Shown: piece after piece, positions 62,730 through 64,000 of the stretch
Layout: each line of letters opens with the position of its first letter
Position numbering within the stretch: position 1 is the stretch's first letter
From: Octopus sinensis
Taxonomy: Eukaryota
Direction of reading: 5' to 3'
NCBI RefSeq assembly: GCF_006345805.1
Contig: NC_043010.1
Coordinates: 4,030,001-4,094,000 of the forward strand
Length of the DNA: 64,000 nt
Program-made: the position numbers and the translations under genes
Notes under the pieces: model-generated
Database searches by the model: none
What the model was told of the DNA's origin: nothing
The model's input: the letters and a program-made list of their open reading frames with translations, nothing else

Positions 62730-63440
62730 TGTGGCTGTGTGGTAAGTAGCTTGCTTCCCAACTATATGGTTCTGGGTTCAGTCCCACTGTGTGGCATTTT
62801 GGGCAAGTGTCTTGACGTATAGCCTCGGGCCAACCAAAGCCTTTGAGTGGATTTGGTAGACAGAAACTGAAAGAAGCCTATTGTATACATGTAAATATAT
62901 CACCATGATCAACGTGACTGACCAGGCTATCAGATGTTGCTACACATCGCTGTTCACAATGCACTTCACATTGTTTTAGCCTTCAAATGACACCACCCTG
63001 CTAGCTAAGTGAGCTGGTCAATAGAAGAAAGAGTGAGAGAAAATTGTGACAAAAGAGTACAGCAGGGATCACCACCACCCCCTGCCAGAGACTCATGGAG
63101 CTTTAGGTATTTTTGCTCAATAAACACTCACAACGCCCGGTCTGGGAATTGAAAGCGCGATCCTACAACTGCGAGTCTGCTGCCCTAACCACTGGGCCAT
63201 TGTATATATATGTGCGTGTGTGTGTATCTTTGTGTCTCTGTTTGTCCCCCCACCATTGCTTGAAACTAATGTTGGTGTGTTTATATCCCTATAACTTAGC
63301 AGTTCAGCAAAAGACACTGATTGAATAAGTAGTAGGCTTACAAAGAATAAGTCCTGGGGTTGATGTCTTCAACTAAAACCCTTTAAGGTGGTGCTCCAGC
63401 ATGGCCACAATCAAATCGCTGAAACATGTAAAAGAGTAAA
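62730..63440 (+). mobile_element. SINE family B split by a SINE insertion
   Basis: 5' half at 62730-62885, 3' half at ~63205-63440. Confidence 0.75.
62899..63202 (-). mobile_element. SINE with a family C head and body but a different 3' tail
   Basis: Matches family C up to CTCTCACTCTT, then continues with unrelated sequence ending ...GATCATGGTGAT. Confidence 0.75.
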
Positions 63441-63606
63441 ATAACCAAAGAATTTCCCTTTTGGCTTGGCATTATTTTCATGCAAGATGAGAAACAAACA
63501 ACATCACTTGCATGGCAGTGATGCTCATCCAGAACCATCACATGATGTCAAGACTAGGGAACACACACACACACACACATGCACAATAAGCTTCTTTTCA
63601 GTTTCT

Positions 63607-63840
63607 TATTTCTTTATTGCCCACAAGGGGCTAAACATAGAGAGGACAAACAAGGACAGACAAACGGATTAAGCCAATTAGATCAACCCCAGTGTGTAAC
63701 TGGTACTCAATTTATCGACCTCAAGAGGATGAAAGGCGAAGTCGACCTCGGTAGAATTTGAACTCAGAATGTAACGGCAGACGAAATACCGCTAAGCATT
63801 TCGCCCGGAGTGCTAACGTTTCTGCCAGCTCGCCGCCTAC
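63607..63840 (-). mobile_element. SINE family A nested in a SINE B
   Basis: 8-bp TSD CAGTTTCT at 63599-606 and 63841-48; SINE B sequence continues on the right. Confidence 0.9.
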
Positions 63841-64000
63841 CAGTTTCTGCCTACCAAACCCTCAAAAGGCTTTGGTCAGCCTGGGGCTATAGTTGAAGTT
63901 GCTTTTACATAGTGCTGCACAGTGGAACTGAACCTGAAACCATATGGCAAGGTAGCGCAAGCTTATTAACCACACGGCCATACCTGTACCTACATGTGTG

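Overview
AT-rich, microsatellite- and transposon-dense eukaryotic DNA. The SINE/LINE repertoire and the protocadherin type point to an octopus (coleoid cephalopod) genome; this is inferred from recalled repeat families, not from a search. The only host gene I can support is a minus-strand protocadherin. It has a probable 5'UTR exon (~8999-9150) behind a palindromic double CCAAT box, one large exon (5974-3515) encoding a signal peptide, six cadherin repeats, a TM helix and part of the tail, and a phase-matched 151-nt cytoplasmic exon (2458-2308) with an S-A-D-S-G-H-G motif. The gene probably continues off the left edge. The ~55 kb upstream has no further long ORF. It is a nested mosaic of tRNA-derived SINEs, RTE/CR1/I-group/HERO-type/Penelope-like retroelement fragments, Tc1 (DD34E), maT (DD37D), hAT, piggyBac and Helitron elements, and several fold-back structures. 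The most striking non-genic items are a perfect 158-bp palindrome holding a minimal hammerhead ribozyme on each strand (17946-18103) and a perfect 142-bp-arm hairpin (13644-13933). The protocadherin also appears to have lost the EC3-side calcium ligands of its EC3-EC4 linker. Most short ORFs in the track are translations of microsatellites.
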